DNA of 64,000 nt from Octopus sinensis (Eukaryota). Numbering within the stretch: position 1 is the first letter of the stretch; every line of letters begins with the position of its first letter. Location of the stretch: assembly GCF_006345805.1 (NCBI RefSeq), contig NC_043000.1, positions 30,938,001 to 31,002,000 of the forward strand. The letters run 5' to 3'. Below are positions 47,349 through 60,605 of the stretch, piece by piece. The position numbers and the translations under genes were made by a program. Below the pieces are notes generated by a model that saw only the letters and a list, made by a program, of their open reading frames with translations, was not told the origin of the DNA and ran no database searches.

Positions 47349-47659
47349 TTAAATATTGGTTTCAAATTTTGGCACAAGGTCAGCAATCTCAGGAAAGGAG
47401 TAAGTTGATTACATTGGCCCCCAGTGTTTATCTGGTACTTATTTTATCAACCCTGAAAGGATGAAAGGAAAAGCTGACCTGAGCAGAATTTGAACTCAGA
47501 ACATAAAGACTGACAAATTGCTCCCAAGCATTTTGCTCAGTGTGCTGATGTTTCTCTTGGCTCCCTAATTCCTATTAAATATTAATGGATATTGTAATGT
47601 TGATTTTTTTTAAAAATCTAAAATGAATTCATTTTTACCCGAGAAGCAAAATCTCTTGC

Positions 47660-48210
47660 CCCAGACATAAGGGCCTCTCCCTCAGAGTGAAAGGCAAATT
47701 GTATGATGTGTGTGTATGTGTACGGCTATGTTACATGGCAGTGAAACATGGGCTGGATGGGTAATGTCAGCATGCAAACACAACAGAGTGTGAATGATTT
47801 TCAGAGGAAAACTGGGTGTAAGAGGTATCAGATGTTGTGAGCAAGAGAGAAGACTGCAATGGTTTGGTCATGTGATGTGTATGGATGAGGATAGCTGCAT
47901 AAAGAAGTACCAAGCTCTAATTGTGGAGGGGACCTGTGGAAGTGGTAGACCGAGGAATGGGTGGGGCAAAGTGGTGAGAAAGAATTTTCAGATGATGGGC
48001 ATCACTGAGGAAATAACAAGGGGCCAGGAGATGTGGCATAAATGCCCCAGTACCAGTGGCATGTAAAAAGCACCCAGCACACTCTGTTAAGTGGTTGGCA
48101 TTGGGAAGGGCATCCAGTGTAGAAACCATGCTGAAACAGACAAGTGGAGTCAGGACAGCTCCCAACGAGCCAGCATAGGAAGTGGATGTTAAATGATGAT
48201 GATGTGGCTG
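47660..48210 (+). mobile_element. RTE LINE 3' remnant (old)
   Basis: QERRLQWFGHVMCMDEDSCIKK...GTCGSGRPR, followed by a degenerate family terminus. Confidence 0.8.
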
Positions 48211-48969
48211 AGGACATGTCCATCATCATCATCATCATCGTTGTTGTCATCATCATTATCATCATTGTCATCCTCATCCTTGTCTTTTTACATTTATGTT
48301 CCAGGCTAGCATAGATTTAAAAGTTTGTGTGACTGATGGGACAGATGTGAGAACTGTATTGTGTTCCAATGTCCGATTTTGCATGGTTTCTGCCACTGGA
48401 CACCCTTTCTAACACCAACGATTTGACCAAAACTGCTAAGTGCTTTTATCATCACACCAGCACAAGTGAGGTTGTCATTTACTTTGCAAGGCTAAGATAC
48501 CAGTTTTATGCTTGTCTATGTTATGTTTGCTTGTACAATGCTGCTGTGATATAGGACAAAATCCTGGAGCTCTGATTTCACTGCAAACCAAAGAAACCAA
48601 TGCCCCCCACATTGTAATATGAACATATATCATCTCTTGGGAAGCTGTTTTCTGAATGAGCATCATTGACGTACCTAGGAATATTTGGGTAGAGGAGGAT
48701 GCAGTTTGCCCAATTATACCTTCCCCTAAAAGCAACATAGATATTTCAATTCAATAGGGCATCTGAAAGTTTTGCTGTGTGAGCAGATATTGTCAAAGAG
48801 ACTCCTTGCCTTATATAGATGCATAACAGACAGTACAGCTGTTCTTAAAAGTCATTGAAATTGGCATTCATTGGTAATGCTTTAATAGTTTTTCTCCCAG
48901 GCTTTTAAGCCTATTCTCCTGCTGTACATATTCAGTTTGGTCTCTCAGAATCCTTTTTGTTTATATCCT

Positions 48970-49297
48970 TTTTGTTTTACGTGCTGGTGGCACGTAAAAG
49001 AACCATCCGAACATGGCCGTTGCCAGCGCCGCCTCGACTGGCCTCCATGCCAGTGGCATGTAAAAAGCACCAACTGATCATGGCCGTTGCCAGCCTTGCC
49101 TGGCACCTGTGCCGGTGGCACATAAAAAGCACCCACTACACTCACGGAGTGGTTGGCGTTAGGAAGGGCATCCAGCTGTAGAAACACTGCTAGATCAGAC
49201 TGAGCCTGGTGCAGCCTCCTGGCTTCCCAGACCCCAGTCGAACCGTCCAACCCATGCTAACATGGAAAACAGACGTTAAACAATGATGATGATGATG
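48970..49297 (+). mobile_element. RTE 3' UTR-derived repeat
   Basis: Three modules and tail. Confidence 0.85.
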
Positions 49298-49968
49298 TTA
49301 CTGTTTGTATTTCACTACTATTTGCATAAGATATATGTCTGCGTAGTCTGTCCATTTAACACTGGTCATCAACTGGCATCCAACTATTCACAGAATGTGA
49401 AAACTGGCTCAGTGTATTGTTTTGAAGTAGATTATTCTCTTCTTGAGATACCCCAGCCAGTCTGTCTTGTGTAGCAGAAACAGAATCATGTTCTCTATGC
49501 CTACAAGCACGCTCAGACATTGGTTTCAGTTGTTTTGCCCTGGTTTTCTCTGATTCACTTGGCCTTCTCTCCCTTTGCACTTGTGCCTTTTGCTGTCAAG
49601 TGTTCTGTTTCAGGTGCATATTTTTTGAAAGGCCCATGTTGAGTTGAAAAATTCTTATATGGCAACAAATAGCACAGTATGTATATTGTATTGTAGCATT
49701 GTAATCAATATGTTATACAAAATCAGTATATTACCGAACAATAAATGCAAAGTCAATATTGGCACCGAAAATAACCCAAAGCTTTCATTATCCAAAGGAC
49801 TCAAGGCTAAGATATTAATACATAACAGAATGAAACTTGAAATGAAAACTTTCTATGGAATTTTGATATGATAAATGTAGTGTAAAAGTTTTCACAAATA
49901 TTTTCAAAGTATCACAAATAAAATTTTTGTAATCACTTATTTTTAATGAAAACAACTGAATAGACATA

Positions 49969-50009
<41 letters not shown>

Positions 50010-50233
50010 GCATTGCATGAAAAGAAAGTGAAAGTAACAGAGTGGGAAAAGACAAGAAGTACTAAATGAAATAATAATGCAAAAGACTTTGAAAAAACAA
50101 TGAAGATAAGAGTGGAGAGGAAAAGTTATATGGATAGAGGAAGAAGAAGAAGACTAATACGAATAGAAGTAATAAACAAAGAAGAGATGGAAAGAGAGAG
50201 AGAGGGGGGACTGCATTGTAAGGAAAGGGATAC

Positions 50234-50264
<31 letters not shown>

Positions 50265-51128
50265 TGTCATTTTATGTACATTGTCCATGCTGTCATGGGT
50301 TGGACAGTTTGACCAGAGCTGGTAAGCTGACGAGCAGCACCAGATTCCAGTCTGATTTAGCATGGTTTCTATGGCTGGATGCCCTTCCTATCATCAACCA
50401 CTCTGAGAGTGTAAAGGGTGTTTTTGTGTGCCACTGGTATGGGTGCCAGGTGTGTAATGGGTAAAACATTAAAAATCTTTTAAAATCACATTTCGCTAAG
50501 AATATGTAAATCTGGAATGTTTAAGAATTTTTCTTGACAGCATAGACATTAATAATTGTTTTCTTTAATAAAAGTTCCATGCTCATAACTAATAAATATG
50601 GAGCTTAGTTTTTAAAAGCAGCGAGATGGCAGAGTCATTTGCACATTGTGCAAACCGCTTAGCAGCATTTCATCTATCTTTACATTCTGAGTTCAAGTTC
50701 TGCCGAGGTTGACTTTGCTTTTCATCCTTTCAGGGTCAATAAAATAAGAATTAGTTGAGCACTGGGGTCGATGTGATTGACTTACCCCCTCTCCTGAAAT
50801 GTGAAACCAATATTTGACCAATATATAGCTTTCCTTATCATAGTATATATGTGTAATTGCCACACCAATGGAGTAGTTTACTTCATTTTTTTCAAGCCAA
50901 CACATGTCCTCAGCAGTCATGGCCCATGTTTCACTGCCGTGTAGCATGGCAGTTCACACACATGCATCATATAATCTACCTTTCATCCTGGGCAAGAGGC
51001 CTTTAGTTGCCAGCAGAGGTAGGAGCTCCCTGAACTTTGCCCAGGCTATTCTTATAACAATAATGGAAACACTAATGGGAAATCCCACCTAAGATCCCTT
51101 TTGTATTTTATATTGTTTTGTTTTTAAG

Positions 51129-51341
51129 GTCTCAACAAATGCGATGAAGAGGTCTCCACATGTAAAGGCACTAAGCCTTTCCAGAAAGTTTATTTTGATT
51201 CTACAGACAGCTGTTACTATGACTTTAATGTAAATAGTTCCTATTATGAAGCAAAAACAAGTTGTGAAGAAATGGGCGCTCATTTACTCACCATAGAATC
51301 AGAGGAAGAACAGACTTTTGTTGTAACAAAACTGTCAATAC
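51129..51341 (+). CDS. C-type lectin domain protein, exon encoding the N-terminal half of the CTLD
   Basis: tttttaag|GT CTC AAC...ATA C|gtaagt, 213 nt, phase 1/1; STCKGTKPFQKVYFDSTDSCYYDFNVNSSYYEAKTSCEEMGAHLLTIESEEEQTFV matches the CTLD pattern CY...EA..SC...GAHL.TI.S.EEQ.FV. Confidence 0.88.
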
Positions 51342-51434
51342 GTAAGTAAATAAAGATTTTAAAATATCTCAGCACTAACATTTCTCTCATGCAACATATG
51401 CAATTATCAATTAGGTATGATGTTTAACACCAAC

Positions 51435-52259
51435 ATCAAAATGAAAACCAAATGAAAATTGTAATTGTGATACCTGTGCCAGTGACATGTTAAAAGCACC
51501 ACCTGAATGTGGCAGTTGCCAGCGTCACCTGACTGGCATCCATGTCAGTGACACATAAAAGCACCAACCGATTGTGGCTGTTGCCAGCCTCCCCTGGTAC
51601 CTGTGCCGGTGGCACGTAAAAATCACCCACTACACTCATGGAGTGGTTGGCATTAGGAAAGGCATCCAGCTGTAGAAACTTTGCCAGATCAGACTGGAGC
51701 CTGGTGCAGCCTCTTGGCTTCCCAGACCCTGTTCGAACTGTCCAACCCATGCCAGTATGGAAAACGGATGTTAAACGATGATGATGATGTACTGCTATTT
51801 TCATCAGGTTTGTTTGCTTGATTGCTTGCTCGTATGTTTCAGAGTCTGTGTAAGCATCTCAGGAAATAATGAAGTTAGGGAGTTCAAAGAAAAGAAGAAA
51901 ATATTTTTATGAAATACATTTTTTTGGAAATTGTAGTTGTGATACCAGTGCCGGTGGCATGTAAAAGAACCATCCGAATGTGGCCGTTGCCAGCACCGCC
52001 TCGACTGGCCTCCATGCCAGTGGCACGTAAAAAGCACCAACTGATCGTGGCCGTTGCTAGCCTCCCCTGGCACCTGTGCTGGTGGCATGTAAAAAGCACC
52101 CACTACACTCACAGAGTGGTTGGCGTTAGGAAGGGCATCCAGCTGTAGAAACACTGTCAGATCAGACTGGATCCTGGTGCAGCCTTCTGGCTTCCCAGTC
52201 GAATTGTCCAACCCATGCTAGCATGAAAAACGGACGTTAAACAATGATGATGATGATGA
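51435..52259 (+). mobile_element. Two direct-orientation RTE 3' UTR-derived repeats (about 51435-51789 and 51920-52259)
   Basis: Each has the leader, three modules and a (GAT)n tail. Confidence 0.85.
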
Positions 52260-52524
52260 ACGACATTTTTTTATTATGTATGTTTCTTAATCCTAAACAT
52301 GTATCTTAATCAACAAGCCATATATTAAATGAATTACAGGTCAATGGAATCAATTAATACAAAATATTAGTGCAACAGAAATATATTCACACACACATAG
52401 GTGGATCCTCTGCTCAGTTTCCTCTTTAAGACATCTTCACCTCCCATCATCCCTCAAACTGCAGGAATCTACTGCTGTAAGTAAATGTGAGCAACGATGC
52501 ATGCTTCACCAGCTCTTCTTCATA

Positions 52525-52820
52525 CTACTTCATACTTTCGGAAACATTTTTTCACGCTAAGAGTTGCTGAAGTATGGAACAGACTACCGGCATCAGTTGT
52601 TAGTTGTCGGAGCACTGCATCCTTCAAAACTTCTGTGCTTCCTGAGATTCGCCAACACTACACCTGATTTTCTCCCCTCCATACACACGCAAGCATCTAT
52701 ATGACTCATACATTGTTCGCTTTCCAGACATTTGTGCATTACTGCATATACTTTATACGCACTTTTGACAAGATGTGGTGCACCTGAGCACTGTATACAA
52801 TAATTTCATTATTATTATTA
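52525..52820 (+). mobile_element. CR1-group LINE 3' end
   Basis: Highly similar to 60280-60605 (RKHFF.LRVAE.WN.LP; tail gcactgtatacaataatttc(att)n). Confidence 0.8.
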
Positions 52821-54089
52821 CTTGCCTTTCATAGCACTCAGAATCATTTCCTTTGTTCTTAATATTGTCCTCTCCACCTACATTATACACTGAGCCACCA
52901 AATTATCTCTCTGTCCAACACTATACATTTTTCACTCTCCCCATGCACTTTGCCTGCATCTCTCCCCTACAACACATCAGTCTCTCTCTCTCTCATCCTC
53001 TCCTTGTTTACAATATCATTACTATCTTGCTTCTGCACTGTTCTACTCTCCCCTACTCTTCACTCATATTATTGGTCACACCATTCATCAACCTTACTCA
53101 ATCTTTACAGTTGTCCCCTACTCTTCCCCTACCTATCCCTCAATACTCCTTCTTTCTTTATTCTCACTCACTCCCACCCATGCCCTATCTCTAAATATCT
53201 CTCATTTGCACATACACTCTTGCAACCTCTTCTCATTCATACATCCTGTTCTCCTGTCCCCGTTCACTTTTTCTCATTGTATACCTTAAGCATCTAACCC
53301 CTTTTCTATAATGTGAGCAACCATGTAGCTCCTCTTCAGCAAAAGACCTGTACTGGTCCTTTTTCTTATACTTTAACCTCTTATCTCCTCCTGGCATAAA
53401 ACCACCTCCTTCTCTTCAGTAGCTCTACTCAGTCAAAGACGACTTTCTTCGTGCAAGATGCGGTCATAGACTCCTTCACTAAAGGATAAAAAAAAGGTTT
53501 TTAATGGAATTTGTTGCCAATTTAGTTTTCATTGAATTAAGGTTGAAAGGGATGAAATAAATTTTCAAACAATGTGTGTGTGTACATGAGTGTGTGCATG
53601 TGTGTATGTACATGTGTATGTGTGTGCATGCATGCATGTTTGCATGTGTGTGTAACCTGAATGATTTTAATACTTTGAGTGATATATTGTCTTCTCTGAC
53701 ACCAAACTTGCTAATAAATACTTGAAATAATCTTCCAACAATTCAATGCTGATTTCTGACCAATCACATATGTCACTTGTTATGGAGATAATATTCTGCT
53801 TTAATCTATTACCTTATACTAAAATTATCTATTGTTGTTGTTATTATTATTATTTATCTTATATTTATTTTATGCAGATTTAGCTTTATCTTTGCCAGAC
53901 ACAATGTAAGATTTAGATATGAGAGACACCGCAGTAACGTACCACCATCATCATCACCATCACCATCACCATTGTCTTCACCATCAGTTTTGACAGTGCT
54001 ATTGGAAGAGAATATTTAAGTGTGTTAAAGATGTATATTTAATTTTGAAATATTGGATTGTAGAGTGACCCACTGTTCTTGAGAAGACC

Positions 54090-54490
54090 TATTGAGTCAA
54101 GTACGTTAACACCAACATCAAATGAAAATTGAATGGAAATACTAGTTAAGACACCCGTGCTGGTGTCACGTTAAAAGAAAAGCACCGTCCGAACGTGGCA
54201 GATGCCAGCACCATCCGAACGTGGCAGATGCCAGCACCGCCTGACTGGTGTCCGTGTCAGTGACACGTAAAAGCACCAACCGATCGTGGCCGTTTAACCA
54301 GTCTCCTCTGGCCCCTGTGCCGGTGGCACATAAAAAGCACCCACTACACTCACGGAGTGGTTGGTGTTAGGAAGGGCATCCAGCTGTAGAAACTCTGCCA
54401 GATCAGACTGGTGCCTGGTGCAGCCTCCTGGCTTCCCAGACCCCGGTCGAACCGTCCAACCCATGCTAGCATGGAAAACGGACGTTAAAC

Positions 54491-54520
<30 letters not shown>
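54090..54520 (+). mobile_element. RTE 3' UTR-derived repeat
   Basis: Leader, modules, long (GAT)n tail. Confidence 0.85.
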
Positions 54521-54522
<2 letters not shown>

Positions 54523-54691
54523 CACAGGATTAAGTAAATGTGAAAACACTTTTATTTGAAACTACTTTTGAACAGAATATATAATTTTCTGTTCTTGAAA
54601 TTGCTTAATTCTTCAAAGGATTTGAAGAAGGGAGTTAAAAGCAGTCTGTTGGGAGGTAAACCACTTATAGGAAATCCTATCATTCTTTTAA

Positions 54692-54912
54692 CCCTTTTGT
54701 TACCAACCCGGCCAAAACCAGTTCTGGTTCTGTAGTACAAATGTCTTGTTTTCATAAGTTTTGCATTAAAATATACCACCAAACCTTAGTCGCAATTTAT
54801 GTTCCTAACACTTGTTTAATGGTAACTAAGTTATTTTACTAAATTCTTTGTTATATTTAAAGTAATTAAAAGAAACACAGAGCATCTCAGAATAAATAGA
54901 GTAATGAAAGAG
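54692..54912. mobile_element. piggyBac-type MITE (reverse orientation of 47128-47348)
   Basis: TTAA|CCCTTTTGTTACC...GTAATGAAAGAG|TTAA; the interior is the reverse complement of the 47128 copy. Confidence 0.82.
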
Positions 54913-56198
54913 TTAATGCAGGGAACGTAGAGTGCACAGAGTGCAGCTTATCGGGTGGGTACAAGTTCAGTCACTGAGTACACACCCACTTTTAATGTTC
55001 TATGGATGTTACTGATCTCAACAGGCACCTGAAGAAAGATAGAAGGTACAACAGGTGAAATATTGTGAATATAACAATCCAGATGAAGGGATCAGCTTGA
55101 ACATATCCAGGTATAACACTGAGATGGATAGCAATCTCGTTGACTTATCTGACCAATGTCAGCATGAAGAAACAAATATCAAGAGTGGTTGGCGTTAGGA
55201 AGGGCATCAAGCTGTAGAAACTCTGCCCGATCAGAATGGAACCTGATGCACCCTCCATGCTAGCATGGAAAATGGACGTTAAACGATGATGATGATGAGG
55301 GACATAAAAATAATAATGCAATGATAACAGTGATGATAACGATGATGATAATGATGTGTGTGTGTGTGTGTGTTTGTGTACACACACATATTAACATTTG
55401 GTTTTATGTTAGGCTATTTATAAAAACAACATTAAGCTGAAGAATTACTCAGTAGAGGACATAAATATTCATTTTTACAAGGAAAAGCTTGGCAGCGACT
55501 TTGTAACTTCAGCTTCCTCACCATCATCAGATTGATGAGTTGAAACTTCGAAGTCACTATCAATCGATTTCTTGTAAAAATTAACGCACACACATGTAAA
55601 CACATGCATGCCAGCATGATCATACAAAGAAACACATGCACATATGCTCTCACACATACATACGGATGCATCAACACACACACACAAACACATGGCAAAC
55701 ACTGACTGCTCCAATCCTTTATGTTCAGAGCAGGTATTAATGTCCATATTAATGTCTGTCTTATCTTTGTTGGCATTAATGACAGCTGCTGTCCTCTCAC
55801 ACTGATAACACTTTATCAATAGGTGGCTGTAAGATCAATTGTGTGTGACCATCACTGAAGACAGAGCTAGCTCTAATTAAATATGTGTGTACAGGTAATC
55901 CTTTGGACTGTTCGATCATGAGAGAGGTGGTAGAAAACAGGTAGTTCATTAAATATTCATGTACGGTCTGATAAAAGGACATTGATCTTAAAACTTAGAG
56001 ACACACACAGCACACATGTGTGTGCATGCACACACACACATTAAGAAATCTGCTTCACAGCTTTAAGTTCAGTGCCACTGTATGGCACATTGTGCCAGTG
56101 TCTAGTTACTATAATCCCAGGCAAACCAAAACCTTATGAGTGGATTTTGTAGAGGGAAACTAAAGAAGTCCATTGTACGTGTATAAATATGTATAAAT

Positions 56199-56330
56199 TC
56201 CGCCGAGGTCGACTTTGCCTTTCATCCTTTCGGGGTCGATAAATTAAGTACCAGTTATGCACTGGGGTCGATGTAATCGACTTGATCCCTTTGTCTGTCC
56301 TTGTTTGTCCCCTCTGGTAATAAAGAAATA
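56199..56330 (+). mobile_element. Family B SINE fragment
   Basis: aattccgccgaggtcgactttgcctttcatcctttcggggtcgat core. Confidence 0.8.
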
Positions 56331-56489
56331 TATATAAATATGTATGCTTGCATGTGTTTCCTTATCTTGAGAGTTGGTGATAGGAAATGCATCTACCTCA
56401 ACCATTTCTGTCTGACCCATGCAAACATGAAAAAGAGGATGTTAAAAGATGATGGTCATTCTGATGATACAGATGCTTCTTCTTCATCA

Positions 56490-56710
56490 TCATCATCATC
56501 ATCATTATCGTTTAACGTCCGCTTTCCATGCTAGCATGGGTTGGACGATTTTGACTGAGGGCTGGCGAACCAGATGGCTGCACCAGGCTCCAATCTTGAT
56601 TTGGCAGAGTTTCTACAGCTGGATGCCCTTCCTAACGTCAACCACTCCGAGAGTGTAGTGGGTGCTTTTTACGTGCCACCGGCATGGGGGACAATCAGCG
56701 GCACTGGCAA
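56490..56710 (-). mobile_element. RTE 3' UTR-derived repeat
   Basis: Reverse-complement terminus with (cat)n. Confidence 0.85.
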
Positions 56711-57240
56711 CCTCATTTTCCTTTAACATCCATTTTCTATGTTGCATAGGTTGGACAGTTTCACCAGAGCTGGCAAGCTGAAGCGTTGCACCAAGTTCCA
56801 GTCTGATTCGGCTTAGTTTCTATGGTAGGATGTTTTTCCTAATGCCAGCACTTTACAGTGTATGCTGCGTGCTTTTAACATGGCACTAGAACACTTTTAC
56901 GTGGTGTTGGCACAAGTATTTTTTACATGACACTGACACAAGGCTCTTGCGGGCCAATCCCCTTCATCAGGGGAAGTGGCATTAACACAGTCTTTCTTTC
57001 ACTGCATTCATGTATTGTTTCCTCTATTTTTCACCACTCTCTACATTCTTACTCCGTTCTTCCCCCTTCTCTTAAGACACCTTCTAATTTCTTTTTCCAT
57101 TACTGCTCAAAGCAAGTGATTTCCAGAATGTCATCATTACTGTTGGTGCTCTCATAGGAAACATTTTCAGTCCCCAGCCATTGAACTCTTAACATATTGT
57201 CAACATTGCTTGAAAATCTTTTGAAAGAAACATGCTTTAG

Positions 57241-57449
57241 CCTTTTTGTTACCATGTTCCTCTTGAAATACGCCCTCTTTATTTCAATTAATTTGAAAAC
57301 AACGAAGAATTTACAAAAAGATCTTTGTCATAAGCTGGTAATAGGGATATAAATTAACATAGAAGCTTAGGGAAAATTTTTTATTTAAATGTTATTAAGT
57401 TTGTATCATAGAAGGAAAGCCAGTCTTGGGCAGGCTGGTATCAAAAGAG
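57241..57449. mobile_element. Degenerate piggyBac-type MITE
   Basis: ttag|cctttttgttacc...ggtatcaaaagag|ttaa; decayed TIR and TSD. Confidence 0.5.
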
Positions 57450-57690
57450 TTAATAACATACCTAATTGACATTATTTTGCTTTTGTATTTGGTTTGTAAG
57501 ATTCTTAATGTGAACTCATGTGTTGAAACACATTTTGTCATATCTTGGGAGGGTCATTATAACAATAATAAACACACACACTTTTTTTATACACTTCATA
57601 GCGTAAAAAAATTGAGTTTATTATTGGAAGAATGATTTTCCTGAGATACAACAAAACAATTAACATTATTTCACTCATTTTTATTTCAAG

Positions 57691-57900
57691 GGAAATCTGG
57701 ACGATGGCTTGCTCTGGAGAAAATTGGCAATGAATGGATTTGGTATTATAATAACATCCAAAAAAACCTTAACTTTAGCAAACTACTAAGAGAATCAGGA
57801 GTACAAGAGAATGTTAGGGCATTTACTCAGTATAACCAGTGGCAACCAGAATCTGTAGAAGCTATGCACCCATTTGTGTGTGAGTTTGACATCAAAGCAG
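57691..57900 (+). CDS. C-type lectin domain protein, exon encoding the C-terminal half of the CTLD
   Basis: ttatttcaag|GG AAA...GCA G|gtaatt, 210 nt, in phase with 51129-51341; KSGRWLALEKIGNEWIWY...QWQPESVEAMHPFVCEFDIKA (W.AL, W.W and F.CE motifs). Confidence 0.8.
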
Positions 57901-58525
57901 GTAATTTTTCTATAGCAGAAATCTATCATCTTTTCTCTTTATCTTTTCTTTCAGTCATTGGATATTGGCCATTCTGGGGCATCTCCTTGAAGGGTTTTAA
58001 GTCAAACAAGTCAACCCCAGTATTAATGTTTATTTTTAAATCTAGTACTTATTCAACTGGAATCTTTTGCTAACTGCTAAGGTATGGGAACATAAACAAA
58101 CCAACATCGGTTGTCAAGTGGAAGATGGGGGTGTGTGGACACAAAGACACACATTGATAGACATATATTATGATCATCATCATCATTTAATGTCTATTTT
58201 TCATGCTGGCATAGCCTGGAGGATTTAACAAGAGCTAGCAAACCAAGGGAATGTGCCAAGCTTTATTGGCTGCTTTGGCATGGTTTCCATGGCTGGATGC
58301 CATTCCTAATGCCAACCACTTCATGGAATGCACTGGATGCTTTTTACTTGGGATCACAAAGTAGTTGGTGATAGGAAGAGCATCCAGCTCTAAAAACCAT
58401 ATCAAAAGAGACTGTGTAGCTTGGTGCAGCCCTCCAGTCTTGTCAAACCAGCTCCTGTCAAACCATCCAACCTATGCCAGCATGGAAATGGGGGTCAAAT
58501 AATGATGATGATGACGATGATATAT

Positions 58526-58735
58526 ATCTCTCTCTATATATATATATATAAATGGCAAAATGTCTGTCTGTGTGTGTGTGTGTGTGTCCTTTATACAAAT
58601 CCACAATTTTTCAGTTAGAGGTTTTGAATGACCATAGAAAGTGCGAGCCCTCTAACTGAAAATTTGTGGATTTGTATAAAGGATACGCACACACTCACAC
58701 AGACAGACATTTTGCCGTTTATATATAGAGAGATA
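58526..58735. repeat. Fold-back made from two inverted HINE-like 3' ends
   Basis: tataaatggcaaaatgtctgtctgtgtg...ttcagttagagg [~27 nt] cctctaactgaaa...cagacagacattttgccgtttata. Confidence 0.8.
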
Positions 58736-60059
58736 AATGAAAAAAAAATTCCACACACCCCACCCCAACAAACCAAACTACATCTCTTCCACACATTTCC
58801 TCTTTCTCATACACTCTGCTTATGCATATCACTCACTGCCCAACCCTGTCCCCACTGCCTTGCTCATTGTACCATTGCTATCCGCTTGTCCACCACCTCC
58901 TCTATATACCCACGTTTCACCAGTCATTCTTCACCCCCACTCGGTTGTACATTCATGTGAAGTCACTACTCACTACTTATGCACCCTTAACAATACTCCA
59001 CCATCTCATTTATATTCTGATCCCCATATCTTGAGGGTATGTCCTGGCACTTTGCTACTATCTCTCTCTCTCTCTCTCTCGCCCTCCTCTACCATGAGAT
59101 TTTATTCTGATCCTCATACTTTGAGGGTGTACCCTGGCACTTTACCACCATCTCTCTCCCACTTTCACCTTCTTGCTCTCTTCTACTCTCTCTCTTTATC
59201 TTGCTCTCTCCCTCTGACTGGGTAACCATGTATCTCCTCTACAGCAACACACCTGTTTCTATCCCTCCATCACACTCTAACCTCTCATCACCAGGCACAA
59301 GGCCACCTCCTCCAATGCCCACCTCTCAAAGGATCTTTGTCTTGCAAGTCACTTGGTGACCCTGCTGCCAGTCCACACTGTAAAGTGGTTGGTGTCTGGA
59401 AGAGCATCCAGCTGTAAAACCTCTGCCAAAACTGGCCTTGCTGGTGTTGCTACCATGTAAAACACACTCAGTCCACTCTGTAAGGGGTTGGTGTTAGGAA
59501 GGGCTTCCAGCTGTAAAAACCCTGGCAAAACAGACAGTGAAGCCTGGTGCAGTCTTCTGCTTAACCAGGCCCTTTCAAACTGCCCAAGACATGTCAGTAT
59601 GGAAAATGTACATTAAATGATGATATACAAAAGATGAACCCTCCTGTCAAAGATGATGTATGAGTGTTCGACAAGAAGACAGAAAAAAAAAAGAAAAACA
59701 ATCAACAATACACTCACATTACTATTCACCAAAGTTTACAATTCATTTACTTCACCTGGTGACTCCTCGGGCCACCAAAAGCAATATGGATATGAGCGTG
59801 ATTTATTAAACCAGCATGTGATCTAGCTGTGAAATTACCATGTGGACAATGGTAGTTTGTGAAAAGACTGATGTTGTGTTGGTTGATTTTCCTATTTTCT
59901 GGTAACTGCTCTTGATGAAGTACCTTTTGAATTTTAAATTTTGAAGCTGGAAAAAGCACTTTCTCCTCCAGTCTGAATGGTTTCTTGCAAGATTCTCAAA
60001 GTTTCCTTTCCTACTATTCAGGCATTTCAAATTATCTTTGAATTTGTCCTGCTACCTCA

Positions 60060-60571
60060 GTAGGGCCAGGCAACATTGTCATCAATTTACAAACTGATCA
60101 TAAAAGATTTGTTTTGGTATTTGACCATTTGATACATTGAAACTCTGATGTCTGGCAGCTGACTTGGCAGACACCCATAAAATTATTAACCATCTTACAA
60201 ACAATAACTCTGAGCACCTTTTCAAACTCCACCTGTCTAACACCTGTGGACATGTTTACAAAGTCAGAAAACAGCACAGCTCCCATGACTTTCGGAAACA
60301 TTTTTTCGTGCTAAGAGTTGCTGAAGCATGGAACAAACTGCCGGCATCAGTTGTTAGTTGTCGAAGCACTGCATCCTTCAAAACTTCCATGCTTCCTGAG
60401 ATTCGCCAACACTACACCTGATTTTCTCCCCTCCATACACATGCAAGCTTGTATCTGACTCATACACTGTTCACTCTCCAGACATTTGTGCATTACTGCA
60501 TATACTTTATACGCACTTTTGACAAAGTGTGGTGCACCTGAGCACTGTATACAATAATTTCATTATTATTA

Positions 60572-60605
<34 letters not shown>
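60060..60605 (+). mobile_element. CR1-group LINE 3' end with (ATT)n tail
   Basis: THKIINHL...GHVYKVRKQHSSHDFRKHFFVLRVAEAWNKLPASVVSCRSTASFK. Confidence 0.85.

Noticed and set aside
53878-53905. Small exon between the two CTLD exons (tatgcag...AT|gtaaga)
   Set aside because: The 28-nt or 7-nt options break the reading frame between 51341 and 57691.
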